The notes under the pieces: model-generated
What the model was told of the DNA's origin: nothing
What the model saw: the letters and a program-made list of their open reading frames with translations, nothing else
Database searches by the model: none
In this document: piece after piece, positions 49,563-61,615 of the stretch
Layout: each line of letters begins with the position of its first letter
How positions within the stretch are numbered: position 1 is the stretch's first letter
Assembly (NCBI GenBank): GCA_051294905.1
Contig: CM119371.1
Span: 4,032,001-4,096,000, forward strand
From: Botryllus schlosseri
Lineage: Eukaryota
Length of the DNA stretch: 64,000 bases
Reading direction: 5' to 3'
Program-made: the position numbers and the translations under genes

Positions 49563-51863
49563 CTCTAGGTAGTTCAATTGATATGCCTAACGATTATTCA
49601 TACCTCAGTTTGCCTCATAAGTAAACAGGGTTCATGAGTTCGTCGTAGCAGTTTCAAGGTTTCATCAAGCAGAACAAGGTAAAGAGCACTGTGGTGCAGT
49701 GTTGTAGCAATATGGATTACAAATAATCTGGAAGGAACAAAATTTTATGTAGGAACGGAATTGTTGACAAGATGCAGCGAGTGTATCACAGAAATACACA
49801 CAGAATTTATCAGATATTCAATACATTTCAAAGCGAAACACAATAAAAATAATATGTGCTGCGGCTGACTGTTTATAATCACATCATCACAAATGATAGC
49901 GGTCAATTTGCTAACCACCTGTATCACAAATCATACGGGGATCCATTTCACGTTGTCTTTGTGAGAATGCTGAATACTGCTGGAATTAGAAGATACTACC
50001 AGCAAAAAGCGGCCAGAACAGCATATCAGACTATAAAAAGCTCCTTACTGTAGCTCCATGATTAATTGTGAACAAATTGAAGTCTCACGAGGAAGTGAAA
50101 TTGTCAACAAATTGCATGAAATGGATGGCAAGAAACACATATATACAAAATGGCCATAGGCGCCGACTTTTATTTTTTTACGAGGTGGCGAAGTCTTGTG
50201 ACGTCATAATTTTTCCATATCGATGCCGTCATCGTCGCACTAAAACGCACTTTACTACATGCCACTGGTTTAAGTGCAGCGTTAAACTATTCTTGTGTCG
50301 TTTTAATACCGGCCCTGTGATCATTAATACCAAACCATGCGATCGAGTTATTAAATGGAATCTTAAAACGGTACGAGTACGATCATATGAAAATATAACT
50401 GCGCTACTAGTCCGTCCGACGGAATGCACCGAGCAGAAATCAGAATTCACGTCACTGAGAAATCGGAGTTGTATCAATGTTATTCACGCGCAATGCGCTG
50501 TGGTGTGATTAACTAAATACGCTACGCACTTGCCTGGCAAGTTCGCAATTAACACACAACTCTCGAACATGAGGTTTCAAGCAGACAATAATGATGATTA
50601 CAAACGCGAAATCGCGCAGCCAATCAATAATTGTCTCTTGCGATTTCTAGCTGCGCGTTGGCGTTGATTAGCTCTCATCGCGGCAATTGTTTGCAGATTA
50701 AAACTGCGAATTTGGCGGCATTGGTACATTTACGATTTACGTTCGCGAAGCATTTTGGGATTTCATCGGTCAATTCGTAATTTCAATTTGCATGTCGACG
50801 GCCGCCAACACATACCAATTGACTTACGTGTTGACGGCTGCACAAATTTCCTTCTACGGCCGCTGGTTGGCTACCCCTGGGCAAGAAATATTTCCACTTC
50901 CGGGTGCATGCCGCGATCTTATCAATATAAATCCACTGTCTACGAAATACCCAATAGTTTAATATTCGATATTGTTGTTCTCGATACGAGTACATCCAGC
51001 AATCAAGTTGATCGGAATATAGAAGGTTCCCTGTTCAACCGAATCGAATGAAATCAGAATTTGTGCCACCCAGAATCTCGTTATGCATCAATATTTGACA
51101 ATGGCATGGCATCGCCTAATGCACTTTAATAACGAAAGGAACACTGAAAAATGACTTTGTGCGGCAATTTCGGAGTACGAATGTATCAAGTAGAAAACAA
51201 AAAATACGGATGGTTGCAAACGAGAAAGCGTGTATTCTAATCAGTATCGCTATGAATGGGTTTTGAGTTTGACATAGTATTAAGTAGGACAATTGTTTTC
51301 ACATTATATCGGTGTTGAAGCTGTATTGCTGCATTTCCAGATTAATCTCACTGGCAAAGCCTTCTTAGTGAAACGAATATGCGCAGAAATGAATTCCAAT
51401 TTGGAGGCACACACCAACACATCCTCCAATTTCGCGCTCCGATTGAAGACTATCACACGTAGCTAGCTAGCTCAAGATGGTTTTGTAAACGAATGTGGGC
51501 GCACATCATTTAGATTTTAAAAAAGCAGATCGTCTATTTGGGTGGATGGTCGGGAGAGTAGATCTAGGATGGTATTCATGTTGACGTTTTATTCGTATGA
51601 TAAGCTTGCCAAAGAGTCCGATAGTGCTGTCAATTTGAGAATCCCTGATCTGTGGTGAACAATTAAATACGCGCAGTCGCGCACGTATTACGCAGCCTCG
51701 ATGACAGTTTTCGCAAATCAAAATGTCCGAACTTGACGGCACCGATTTCAGGTGGTTCAGACCTGTGTCGTCTTTTAGAACTCAAGCCATGATACACATC
51801 TTCTGAAGTTCAAGTATTAGCGGGAATCAATTACGCACGTTAAGGTCTCTTTGCAACAGCTAT

Positions 51864-53090
51864 TCAATGTTATTCAGTTTCGCAATGTCGCTCTTTAATC
51901 AATGTAACATAAAACAATCGCCAATCAGCGTAAACTCGACCACAGATAGGAGCCAACGCATGCTAGGCCTGAGACGCCATAGTTAAGCCAGCAATGGTAT
52001 CTTTCGAACCAGGCCTATCGCAGATGCTCATTGCTCATGTATAGTATATGCCTGCAATGATATCGTGTACGCCAGGCCGAAGCCGCCAATACAGATGCGA
52101 TTGCGCAGGCAAGCGATGGTATAGAGTGAACTGGGTCTATTGCAGATGCAGGCTTGTTCAAGACGCGATAAATCGGGCTAGTGACGATTGCCACGCGCAA
52201 GGGAATGACTGACCTAAGTTCGCGACCATCTCAGCGGGAGATCATCACAGAATCTTCTCACCAATTGACAACATGCTTCTCGCAATTCGGCCCGGCGGAA
52301 CAATGATAATACAATTATTGAATTGCAACTGAATATTAGAGTTAGAATGGTCGTTTCAAAATGACATGGTTTCGCGTTTCAAAAGGTTTCGCCCCCCGAA
52401 TGCCCCCTGGCTTCGCGCCTGGCACACGCGCGTATCGAACTCGACGACGTCTCTAACGATTCGATGTTATTCAGTTTCGCGATGTCGCTTTTTAATCAAT
52501 ATGACATAAAACAATCACTAATTAGCGAAAACTCGACCGCATTGTCTCCAAACCAGCGAGAGATAGGAGCCAAAGCATGCTATGCCCAAGACGCGATAGT
52601 TAGGCCAGCAATGATACCTTTCACAACAGGCCTATTGCAGATGGTATTGTGTAGTCAGCGATGATATCGTGCACACCAGGCCGAAGCCGCCAATGCAGAT
52701 GCAATTACGCAGGCAAGCGATGATATAGTGTGAAATGAGCCTATCGCAGATGAGATTGCTCAAGTCTGCGGAACCAGGCTTATTGTTCAGGCCGCGATAA
52801 ATCAGGCTAGCGGGTAGCGACGATTGCCACGCGCACGGGAATGAATGACCTAATTTCGCGACCATCTCAGCGGCAGATCATCACAGATCATCTCTAATTG
52901 ACAACACAATTCTCGCAAATCAGCCGCGCGGAACACTGATAATACAATTATTGAATAGCGACTGAATATTAGAGTTAGAATGATCATTTCAAAATGACGG
53001 GGTTTCGCGTTTCAAATAGGGACCCCCGAAACCACAAGGCTACGCGTCTGGCACACGCGCGTATCGAAATCGAAGACGTCTCTAACGAGG
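51864..53090 (+). repeat. Two tandem ~600-bp units (51864-52460, 52461-53090)
   Basis: Both start TC(A/G)ATGTTATTCAGTTTCGC and end CACACGCGCGTATCGAA..GACGTCTCTAACGA. Confidence 0.85.
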
Positions 53091-53144
53091 TCGCGTGGAT
53101 TCGCCTGATTACTGGTCACAAATCACTTGGGTGTTTGAGCAATT

Positions 53145-53764
53145 TAGGGCGGTTCAAAAATAACCTTTTTTCCTTAATCTTGCGGGCTACGTGATTAAAT
53201 CGTTAGGTTGCCTTAAAAAACGACGCACACCAAATTTGAATTCATTCCAACCAATATTCGCGGTTTACGTAGAGTTTGAAAATTTTGAATTTGCCCGGAA
53301 ACGCAAAAATTTTTTTTTTTTCAAATTTTTCTGCCAACCCCATGAAAATGTTGGGCTGTCTTCAAAAACTATGCAAAACAAATTTGACTCAATTCCAAGC
53401 CGTAGAAGTGGAGTTATATCAGTTTTTCTTTGATAATTCTGGGATTATCCTTGATCGGTGGATAATCCAATAATTTTCATCGAAAAACTGGAATAACTCC
53501 GCTTCTACGGCTTGGAATTGAGTAAAATTTGTTTTGCATAGTCTTTGAAGACAGCCGAACAATTTCATGGGGTTGGCAGAAAAATTTGAAAAAATTTTTT
53601 TTTTGCGTTCCTGGGCAAATTCAAAATTTTCAAACTCTACGTAAACCGCGAATATTGGTTGGAATGAATTCAAATTTGGTATGCGTCGTTTTTTAAGGCA
53701 ACCTAACGATTTAATCACGTAGCCCGCAAGATTAAGGAAAAAAGGTTATTTTTGAACCGCCCTA
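53145..53764. mobile_element. Near-perfect 620-bp palindromic MITE nested in the composite element
   Basis: Ends TAGGGCGGTTCAAAAATAACC / GGTTATTTTTGAACCGCCCTA; arms pair almost to the centre (~53455); flanks TTGAGCAATT / TTGAGCATTT. Confidence 0.9.
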
Positions 53765-54472
53765 TTGAGCATTTCGTACGAGGTGGCCGCCACCTCGTAA
53801 ATATGGTCACGAGGTGGCTGCGCCACCTCGTAACCTCGTAAGTCGGCGCCTATGAAAATGGCCACAGCATTACAATTTGAAACGAAACTGAAAACGATAT
53901 GTGAAGACTACTAAGTACCAGAGAATATAACAAAGGAAAATGCACACGAAGCCTAAAATTTAGGTGACATAAACTATAGTATTAGCTCATCACACCGTGA
54001 TACAAATATTTGGATATCAACATCAAACTACTCTGACCACAGACACAGCACAAATTACCACAAATCAGTCTTCATTGAAACTGATTCAGGCAGCGAGACA
54101 CAAATATCCAGGCAGTAATCATACGCCATAATTAAAATATGAAAATGGGAGAAACATTTTCAAACTGAAAAACAATTAGATGAGAAAAACAATGTATACA
54201 GAATTTTTTATTGTGGCAACGACAAATGGACATGGGCAATCGTCTTAGTAACACGAAGATAGAAGTCCACCACAATTTCTAGACAGCAGGCACAGTAATC
54301 ATTTAGCCGGAAAGGTGATTCAAAGATATATGCGTTTAGTACTCGTACAGATTTGATCGCAATATTAAATGGCATTGACATGATAGCAGAGTGAATGAAC
54401 GTCTACTCTAAGTAACAGCATATTTTAGTACAAGGTGCTTCTGTCAATATTACTGCATCATGTTCGAGATCA

Positions 54473-56011
54473 TCATCGTAAGAAAAAAAAGACATGCGTT
54501 CCGCATGAGTGCCTATTCAAGCTACTAAACTGAGTAAACGCTTTTCCGCAGATCTGACACTCATAGTTTTCGACTGCAGTATGTGTATTCCCATGTCTCT
54601 TCATGTCACAAAGCTGGGTAAACGCTTTTCCGCAGATCTGACATGCATGGTTTTTGATTCCAGTATGTGTATTTTCATGTCTTTTCAAGTTACCAGGCAG
54701 GGTAAACGCTTTCCCGCAGATCTGACATGCATAGTTTTTGACTCCAGTATGTGTATTCCCATGTCTCTTCAAGTCACCAAGCTGGGTAAACGCTTTTCCG
54801 CAGATCTGACATGCATAGTTTTTTATTCCAGTATGTGTATTTTCATGTCTTTTCAAGTTACCAGGCAGGGTAAACGCTTTCCCGCAGATCTGACATGCAT
54901 AGTTTTTGACTCCAGTATGTGTATTCCCATGTCTCTTCAAGTCACCAAGCTGGGTAAACGCTTTTCCGCAGATCTGACATGCATTGTTTTTGACTCCCGT
55001 ATGTATATGTACATGATTATTCAAGCTACTAAGCTGGGTAAACACTTTTCCGCAGATCTGACACTCATAGTTTTTGACTCCAGTATGTGAATTCTCATGT
55101 GTTTTCAAGTTTTCGATCCAAGCAAACGCTTTTCCGCAGATCTGACATGCATAGTTTTTGACACAAGTATGTGTATGTTCATGTCTTTTCAAGTCACCAA
55201 GCCGGATAAAAGCTTTTCCGCAAATCTCACATTCATAGTTTTTGACTTCGGTATGTGTATTTCCATGACCTTTCAAGTGACTCAGTTGGGAAAACGCTTT
55301 TCCACAGATCTGACATACATAGCATTTTACTCCAGTATGTGTATGTGCATGTGCTTTCAAGTCACCAAGCCGGGCAAACGCTTTACCACACGTCTGACAT
55401 TCATAATTTTTTACTCCCGTATGTGTATTTCCATGGCTTTTCAGGCCACCAAGCTGGGTAAACGCTTTTCCGCAGATCTGACATGCATAGTTTTTGACTC
55501 CAGTATGTGTATTTCCATGTCTTTTCAAGCCACAAAGCTTTGTAAACGCTTTCCCGCAAATCTGACATACATGGTTTTTGACTCCAGCATGTGTATTTTC
55601 ATGTTGTTTTAGGTTACCAAGAAGGGTAAACGCTTTTCCGCAGAAATGACTTGCATGGTTTTTGACTCCAGTATGTATATTTCCATGCCTTTTCAGGTCG
55701 CCAATCCGCACAAACGATTTTCCACAGATCTCACAGTCGTGGTTTTTGACTCCAAGGTGAGCAGTACGTGTATCCACATGTCTTTTCAAGTAAACGATTG
55801 GATTATACTCCTTGCCAATGCCCTTGCGTTCATGATTTTTCAAATAAATGTGGGATAATAAATGTTTGTTTAATATAGTTATTGCAGCAAAGGTTTTTCC
55901 GCAGATCTCACATTCAGTATTTCGATCTATAAGGTGGAACCGCAAGTGAGCCTTCAATCCGCCCTTACGATTGAAGCTCTTTCCACAGATCCAGCACATC
56001 TTCCTCGTCAT
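54473..56011 (-). CDS. Tandem C2H2 zinc-finger protein, 512-aa open frame, ~18 finger repeats (16 with intact CxxC)
   Basis: Repeating CQICGKAFTQLxxLKRHxNTH units with linker HTGVKNY; a 168-bp two-finger duplication near 54657-54992; no KRAB, SET or BTB domain visible. Confidence 0.88.
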   Translation of the reverse strand: MTRKMCWICGKSFNRKGGLKAHLRFHLIDRNTECEICGKTFAAITILNKHLLSHIYLKNHERKGIGKEYNPIVYLKRHVDTRTAHLGVKNHDCEICGKSFVRIGDLKRHGNIHTGVKNHASHFCGKAFTLLGNLKQHENTHAGVKNHVCQICGKAFTKLCGLKRHGNTHTGVKNYACQICGKAFTQLGGLKSHGNTHTGVKNYECQTCGKAFARLGDLKAHAHTHTGVKCYVCQICGKAFSQLSHLKGHGNTHTEVKNYECEICGKAFIRLGDLKRHEHTHTCVKNYACQICGKAFAWIENLKTHENSHTGVKNYECQICGKVFTQLSSLNNHVHIHTGVKNNACQICGKAFTQLGDLKRHGNTHTGVKNYACQICGKAFTLPGNLKRHENTHTGIKNYACQICGKAFTQLGDLKRHGNTHTGVKNYACQICGKAFTLPGNLKRHENTHTGIKNHACQICGKAFTQLCDMKRHGNTHTAVENYECQICGKAFTQFSSLNRHSCGTHVFFFLR

Positions 56012-57549
56012 TCTTCTGGATTATCTGTATATTACTTTACATTTTCAAGCATCACACATGAAACGCTTTCTGCTTGAATACGAGCATTCAACGATAGCTT
56101 GGAATGAGCTATTACATAGTAAGATAATTCTTATATTATAGCAACCCGGTCTAAAATACAAAAGCAATTAGCAAAAACAGAGCACTGAGAGCAGTGTAAC
56201 AATATCCAAGAATAACAAACTTATGATCTAATATTACCAGTTCAGTAGAATTATTAGGCATTGTGGTGATCGGCAACCTGACAATTCAGACGATTAGTTC
56301 CTTATAGATGTTTCGCACATACTTTGTAGACCACAATTATATTTCAGGTTCCATCGCGGGTTTGCGGATAGAACATTTGGGACGTTCAGGTTTCAACTTG
56401 ATTGTCCGATAGATTTTAGCTCCAAGACACCAAACTGTTAATTTACTCTGTCTTCAACAAGTCCCCGGGATGACTGAATATTAGATTCAAAACAATTTTG
56501 GAACAAGTGTGACACCATCAGTCCGGTTCGGCCAGGCGATTATGGACGGGTAACATCTCAAGTGCTTACTTTATGCAGTGCTCACCTTTACCAACTTTTT
56601 TGTATGATTCAAATCGAATGTATATAGTTTATGCTTTTAAATTCTCACGGATATGTAGCTGAGTAGTGTATTGTACCATATCAATTTGTTTCAACATATC
56701 AAGGCTTCATATTGGATCCTCTATTTTGGCTGATAATAACACACCGTAGAGCATGTGGCTATACACGTATACAGTTACTCGCGTATTATTTTCGCGTATT
56801 GTATTTAGACCACAACCATTTCATAGAACTTTTGACTGTAACAATTCGTGTTTTCAATCTTTTCACAGAAGAAAATAGCATCGAAACTCAAATTCTCATT
56901 GACAAGTTACATCTTAGCTGCGAGGATCATATGATTTCGAAACTCAGAAAAAAACCATCCCTTATTGCCCCAATCAATTCATTAAAACCTGGTGCCCACT
57001 AGAACACTACCCAGCCCTAGCAATTACTATGGTAGCGCTTTTCAGATCATCTTTGGAGCTTACAAAAAAATTAGAATCACGGGACCCAAATATCGTTTTG
57101 GGTTTCACAAGGCCTAGTTAACTCTGCAAGACTGGAACTGTGCAATGATACAGGCTCATGAACCCGTTCAATCCAGTTTTAACGATGAAATGTCCTATTG
57201 GAAATAGTATTATTTTTCATAATCCAACATTTCGTACCCTGCTACTTCTATGGGTTGGAGTTGATGAATATGCATCATTCGAAATTTTTGTAGACAACCT
57301 AACAATTCCATGTGGGAGCCGATACAATTTCAATGAAATTTTTGATTGTTGTTAAAAATCAATAACTTTCTACCTTATTACTTTTCACTTAACAAACTTG
57401 GCACTTTCATCAACTAGCCAGTAAAATTTGAAAACAAAATTAATTTTCAAACAACCCCAAAAGTCTGTCTACTTTACAAAGCCCAATTATTATAACACTG
57501 TAATACGAGCAGGAATGTTGGCAGCATCCCAAATATATATCTTCTAGAA

Positions 57550-59019
57550 CAGCGGTTCTCAACCGGGGGTCCGCGAAGCAATTTCAGGGGGTCCGCGAGA
57601 CCTCAAAATTTTCAAAATGGTTGATAACCTAATTTTTATTTCGTTTTTTTTTTTAATTTGAGAAAGCATGAGGCAGTTTCGCACCACAACTGCTAAAACC
57701 TCATGACTCATATCATCATCATACTCGTCTGACATGAACTATCGTAGTGTGGAAATTCATTTTCATTGCCAATTTTCCCATAACCTGCTAATACAAATAT
57801 ATTGCAGTTTAGAGACGTTTTGTTGGGGTTTGTGGAAAAAAAATAAAAATATGGAGATAGTAACGTCAATCAGGGTGACTTCTTATTGTCTGCGAAACCT
57901 TCTCGATTTGAAGTTCTCAGTCTCATCAAGTTAGTAAACAGTCGTTTGAAATAAAAATTTCCGAAGTATTTCGCTGATTTGACCCAGTGCAGGGATTGAA
58001 ACCTCGCCCCGAAATCCATTTTATCCCGTGATATACATAACCACTATTTGAACCGCTTTTTGGAGGTACAGAACTTCAATTTACAATTGAATAGTATATT
58101 CATATTGGAATGGACCCGAATATTTTCGGCTGACATTGGTCATAAATCGGACAATGATATACCTGCTCTTAAAGCTCGGCTATCTGATTTGGAGCATTCT
58201 TATTGCGGATGCCTTATCGACAAGGATGTTTTTTTGATGAGCAAGGAGTGTTTCGTAGCTATCAAAGCATTACGCTCCAACCCTGAAATTCATATCACCA
58301 GTTATATTGGTAGGCAGCCTTGTCTTGTTGTTGTTTAATTGTTCATGGTCGAAAATGTTTGCTCGTAAATACATACGTAGACCCAAACAAAACAAGTCGT
58401 TTCAGGACAGTCTTTCTCGGGTTGGAAAACTTGGATCCATTCTTTGGCGCATAAAATTTGTCTGTACTTTTAGATAAGTATTTCACGTTGAAGGTGGAAA
58501 CTTTCTGCGTGCCGATCAAAATGCCGTCGCGGCCCGCGGTCCATATGTTGCCCGTCCCTGCGCTAGATCCCGGATGTGATATGTTTATAAAATATATGTC
58601 TCTTCATTTTGGTGCGATAAATGTTGCGATCACACCAAAAGTATCGTCGTAAGCGTTATGCGTTAATATTGCATTAGCCTCCATTTGTCTTTCCGGAAAT
58701 GGTTTTAGGCACTCCTCGTTCATATCAAAACGAAGACACGTATTTTCAAGACACGACCACATACCTCATGAAATACAGCAGCAAAATTAGCTTTGAAATA
58801 ATAAAAGTCTGCTAATTTCTACATAAATAGTATGATGTTATTTTCAAGAAAAAAAAACATGATTTTGCTGTTTATCACAAGCCTACAGTTCATATTTGCA
58901 CAAGACAGACGAAGGTTGCACCACAATAGAGCTAAAATTGATCTAAAACTTGAGGGGGTCCGTGAGGGTCCGTGACGGTCAAAAGGGGTCCGCGACGCCA
59001 AAAAGGTTGAGAACCACTG
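57550..59019. mobile_element. hAT-Charlie-type element carrying internal cargo
   Basis: TIR CAGCGGTTCTCAACC / GGTTGAGAACCACTG; perfect 8-bp TSD TTCTAGAA (57542-57549, 59020-59027); GGGGTCCGCGA subterminal repeats. Confidence 0.9.
58100..58300 (+). mobile_element. Probable Penelope-like retroelement ORF fragment
   Basis: LKARLSDLEHSY..FLMSKECFVAIKALRSNPEIHIT resembles the region immediately before the KPDKG motif of Penelope-like RTs; recognition by eye only. Confidence 0.5.
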
Positions 59020-60475
59020 TTCTAGAACTTTTTAAGACACACCTCCTCGGTCAATATTAAAAACTTCCACCACCCACTTATCAAATCAAAAGGCAAGGCA
59101 TTGTGAAAGCTGTAACTCTTTTAGCAGTAGTTCTTGGCCTTCCTAACTACGATAACTAGGCAAGCCCATACGATAATCTGCAGGCCTTTAGCAAACAACA
59201 AATTTTAGTCTAATTACGAAAACCAAAATCGATCACATTGCACAACTGATGCATTACTATAGAATACTGGTGCGCGAAATCAACTGTGCATAAACAACAG
59301 CGTCGAAATTATTGAATGTTTTTCACAAAAATACAAAAAATATTAATGAAGATTTACCATAGTAATAACCCTACTAATTATAGATAGAAACAGGATAAGG
59401 AAGTGCTTGCATTTTAATAAGAGAAATTCAGGTCATAATAGCTGATTGCTTTACTTCCAACAAATTCGATCACCGATGTATGGTAGTAATAATATATCTC
59501 TTAGTATCGTATAAAGGAGTAGATGATTACATTACCGTACTTGAAAAAACATTCTCTCACTACTCAACTTGAATTATTGCAATTAATACTTAATTTGAAT
59601 ACAGTAATGTAATCATTGTGCCCATCGGCACTCGTGACATTTTCAACAGTAAAAATATGGACATAGGAACCAACGATAAGACACCATATACAAGCAGCTC
59701 TCACAAATGATAATGTAACATTAACCAAAAACATCAGACAAACATCAATACTTCCAGCGATGCAAGCTTTATACGAAAATAATCAGTCTGAACATTGGTA
59801 AAATTAGCAAACTTATGCACATGCTGCAATACCTTCTTTAGTATACTCCGCACACTGGAAAATGTTGCCCATGATTACCATTAATCAATGTTCCTCATGA
59901 GCAATTGAGCATGTCAACATTTATGGTTTTTGCGCGATATTCAAGTGTTCCCTATTTTCATCTTTTTTGTTTTCACTTGGATAACTCTCTTAATCGAATG
60001 ACAATTGAGTTGCATTTGGCTAGTGAAATACAATGCCCCTTTTGAATATGCACAAACAATACATCATTTCTGTACGCCCAGACTGGAAAAAGTGGTTGTT
60101 TTCAGCAATAAGTTGCGCGTGACAGAAGGGTTTCTTGTAAAGAATAATCAAGTAATTAAGCGAAAGTTATGCGTGGCACCAATTCCACTCTGGCCGATAT
60201 CCAAAACAAAAATGCGACAGTGTCATATATTTCATTCGCGTACTATAGTCATGGAGTTTTTGGGAACGCCGATTGGTGGTGATCATGGGGATCACTTTCC
60301 AATGTGTAAAGGCGTACCGAACAAGTGCTGCAGAATGTCAGATAACCTTCTCAAAGATATATATTTATCCAAACTCTATTGCAGGCTGCCCTTTTCAAGA
60401 TAGACATACGCATGGAAAAATCACCGTTCTCAGTCATACTTGTACAGACTGCTGAATTTTCAAATTGAGTGAACA

Positions 60476-61473
60476 AAACTCGTATTACTCACTTTTAGAC
60501 ACGCTAGAAAAGAATAGAAATGAATCACAAGTATAGATTCAATCTTGAATCGACTTCATATTTATCTTATTAGAATCGGCTTTCCACATGAACAATGAGC
60601 ATCAGTGAAAGTTTGAAATGGGTGGGGTTTTGACCCTCGCAAACCACCACTTAGCTGGTCAACCGTTACTAGTGATGATTCTGAGCTTGCAATAGTTATT
60701 AGTTACAATTGCAAGAACATCAACCAATAAAACACTGGCATCACAATTTACGTTAGATGACAGTACGTTTTCTACTTCTGATTCAAGTTTCGGTTTATCG
60801 GCAGCTTATTTTCTATAACTATAACCTATTCGAAATCACGAACTAGAAGTATAACTACTTGAAAATTAGACCAACAACCAACAACTACACTAAACTGAGC
60901 ACAGAGCAGTGAATATGAAAAGCAGAACACCTGAGGTCTCGCATACCCAATCATTGGGCATACCTTAAGGAGTCATAGCGACACCTTAGGGTTGTACAGC
61001 GGCAAAAAAGTAGAAAGCAGAACTGCCTGGCAGGAAATTTTCTTTCTAATATTTTTTTATCGTGAGACAATCGTAGGGTGTCGTTCTTTTGATGCACTGT
61101 TGACTATAGGTACCAATATTTTATAGTGATGTATCAGACGTGTAATGAGGTAGATTTTCGTATTCTATGTTACTCTTACTGGGCAATAATTTTAGGCCAT
61201 AGAAGGCTTGCTGATTAGCGCAGAGTTCGTCATGTTAGTAAAGGTTGAAAACCACTGATCTAATATCAGTTTCGCAGAATAATAAATCTATCATTCCACA
61301 TCTTGCATGGTTATTAACATTAGCTTTTGTATGATCGACGAAATAAAAAACTGTCGTCTGTTTTGTTGTCTTTGTGTCATTCGTTTACGGCTCATTGACC
61401 TCAGCCGCCATATAGATGGGTGATTCCCCTCTGTCTGAGTATATATTTGATTGCTCAATGGTCAGCAAAAATA
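60476..61473 (-). repeat. Inverted copy of 18128-19160
   Basis: Reverse-complement match; cut on the right by a LINE (ATC)n tail. Confidence 0.9.
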
Positions 61474-61613
61474 TCATCATCATCATCATCATTGGTTTAT
61501 TAGCAATTTTATCAGTTCAATACACCACAAAAAATGCGATACAATGAAAAAAAAGGAAGATGTCGAAGCGACTAGGAGTTGTCCATGGAATCGGACACCC
61601 ACCTTGGCCTAGG
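61473..61613 (-). mobile_element. 3' tip of the LINE family seen at 22337-22875
   Basis: (ATC)n tail plus GGAAGATGTCGAAGCGACTAGGAGTTGTC..GACACCCACCTTGGCCTAGG, almost identical to 22366-22424. Confidence 0.8.
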
Positions 61614-61615
61614 AG

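Larger units (their letters stand above)
50155..53854. mobile_element. 3.7-kb composite non-autonomous hAT-type element
   Basis: TIR CATAGGCGCCGACTT / AAGTCGGCGCCTATG; perfect 8-bp TSD AAAATGGC (50147-50154, 53855-53862); subterminal TACGAGGTGGC repeats. Confidence 0.9.

Noticed and set aside
42937..53718. Recurring ORF KKRRTPNLNSFQPIFA.. as a gene family
   Set aside because: It falls within the arms of a palindromic MITE and its half copy.
54509..55858. Plus-strand ORFs of 193, 171 and 70 aa opposite the second ZF array
   Set aside because: Antisense shadows of the ZF repeat.
27402..56011. PRDM9 or KRAB-ZNF identity for the ZF arrays
   Set aside because: No SET, KRAB or SSXRD sequence is visible; only the mode of evolution is similar.
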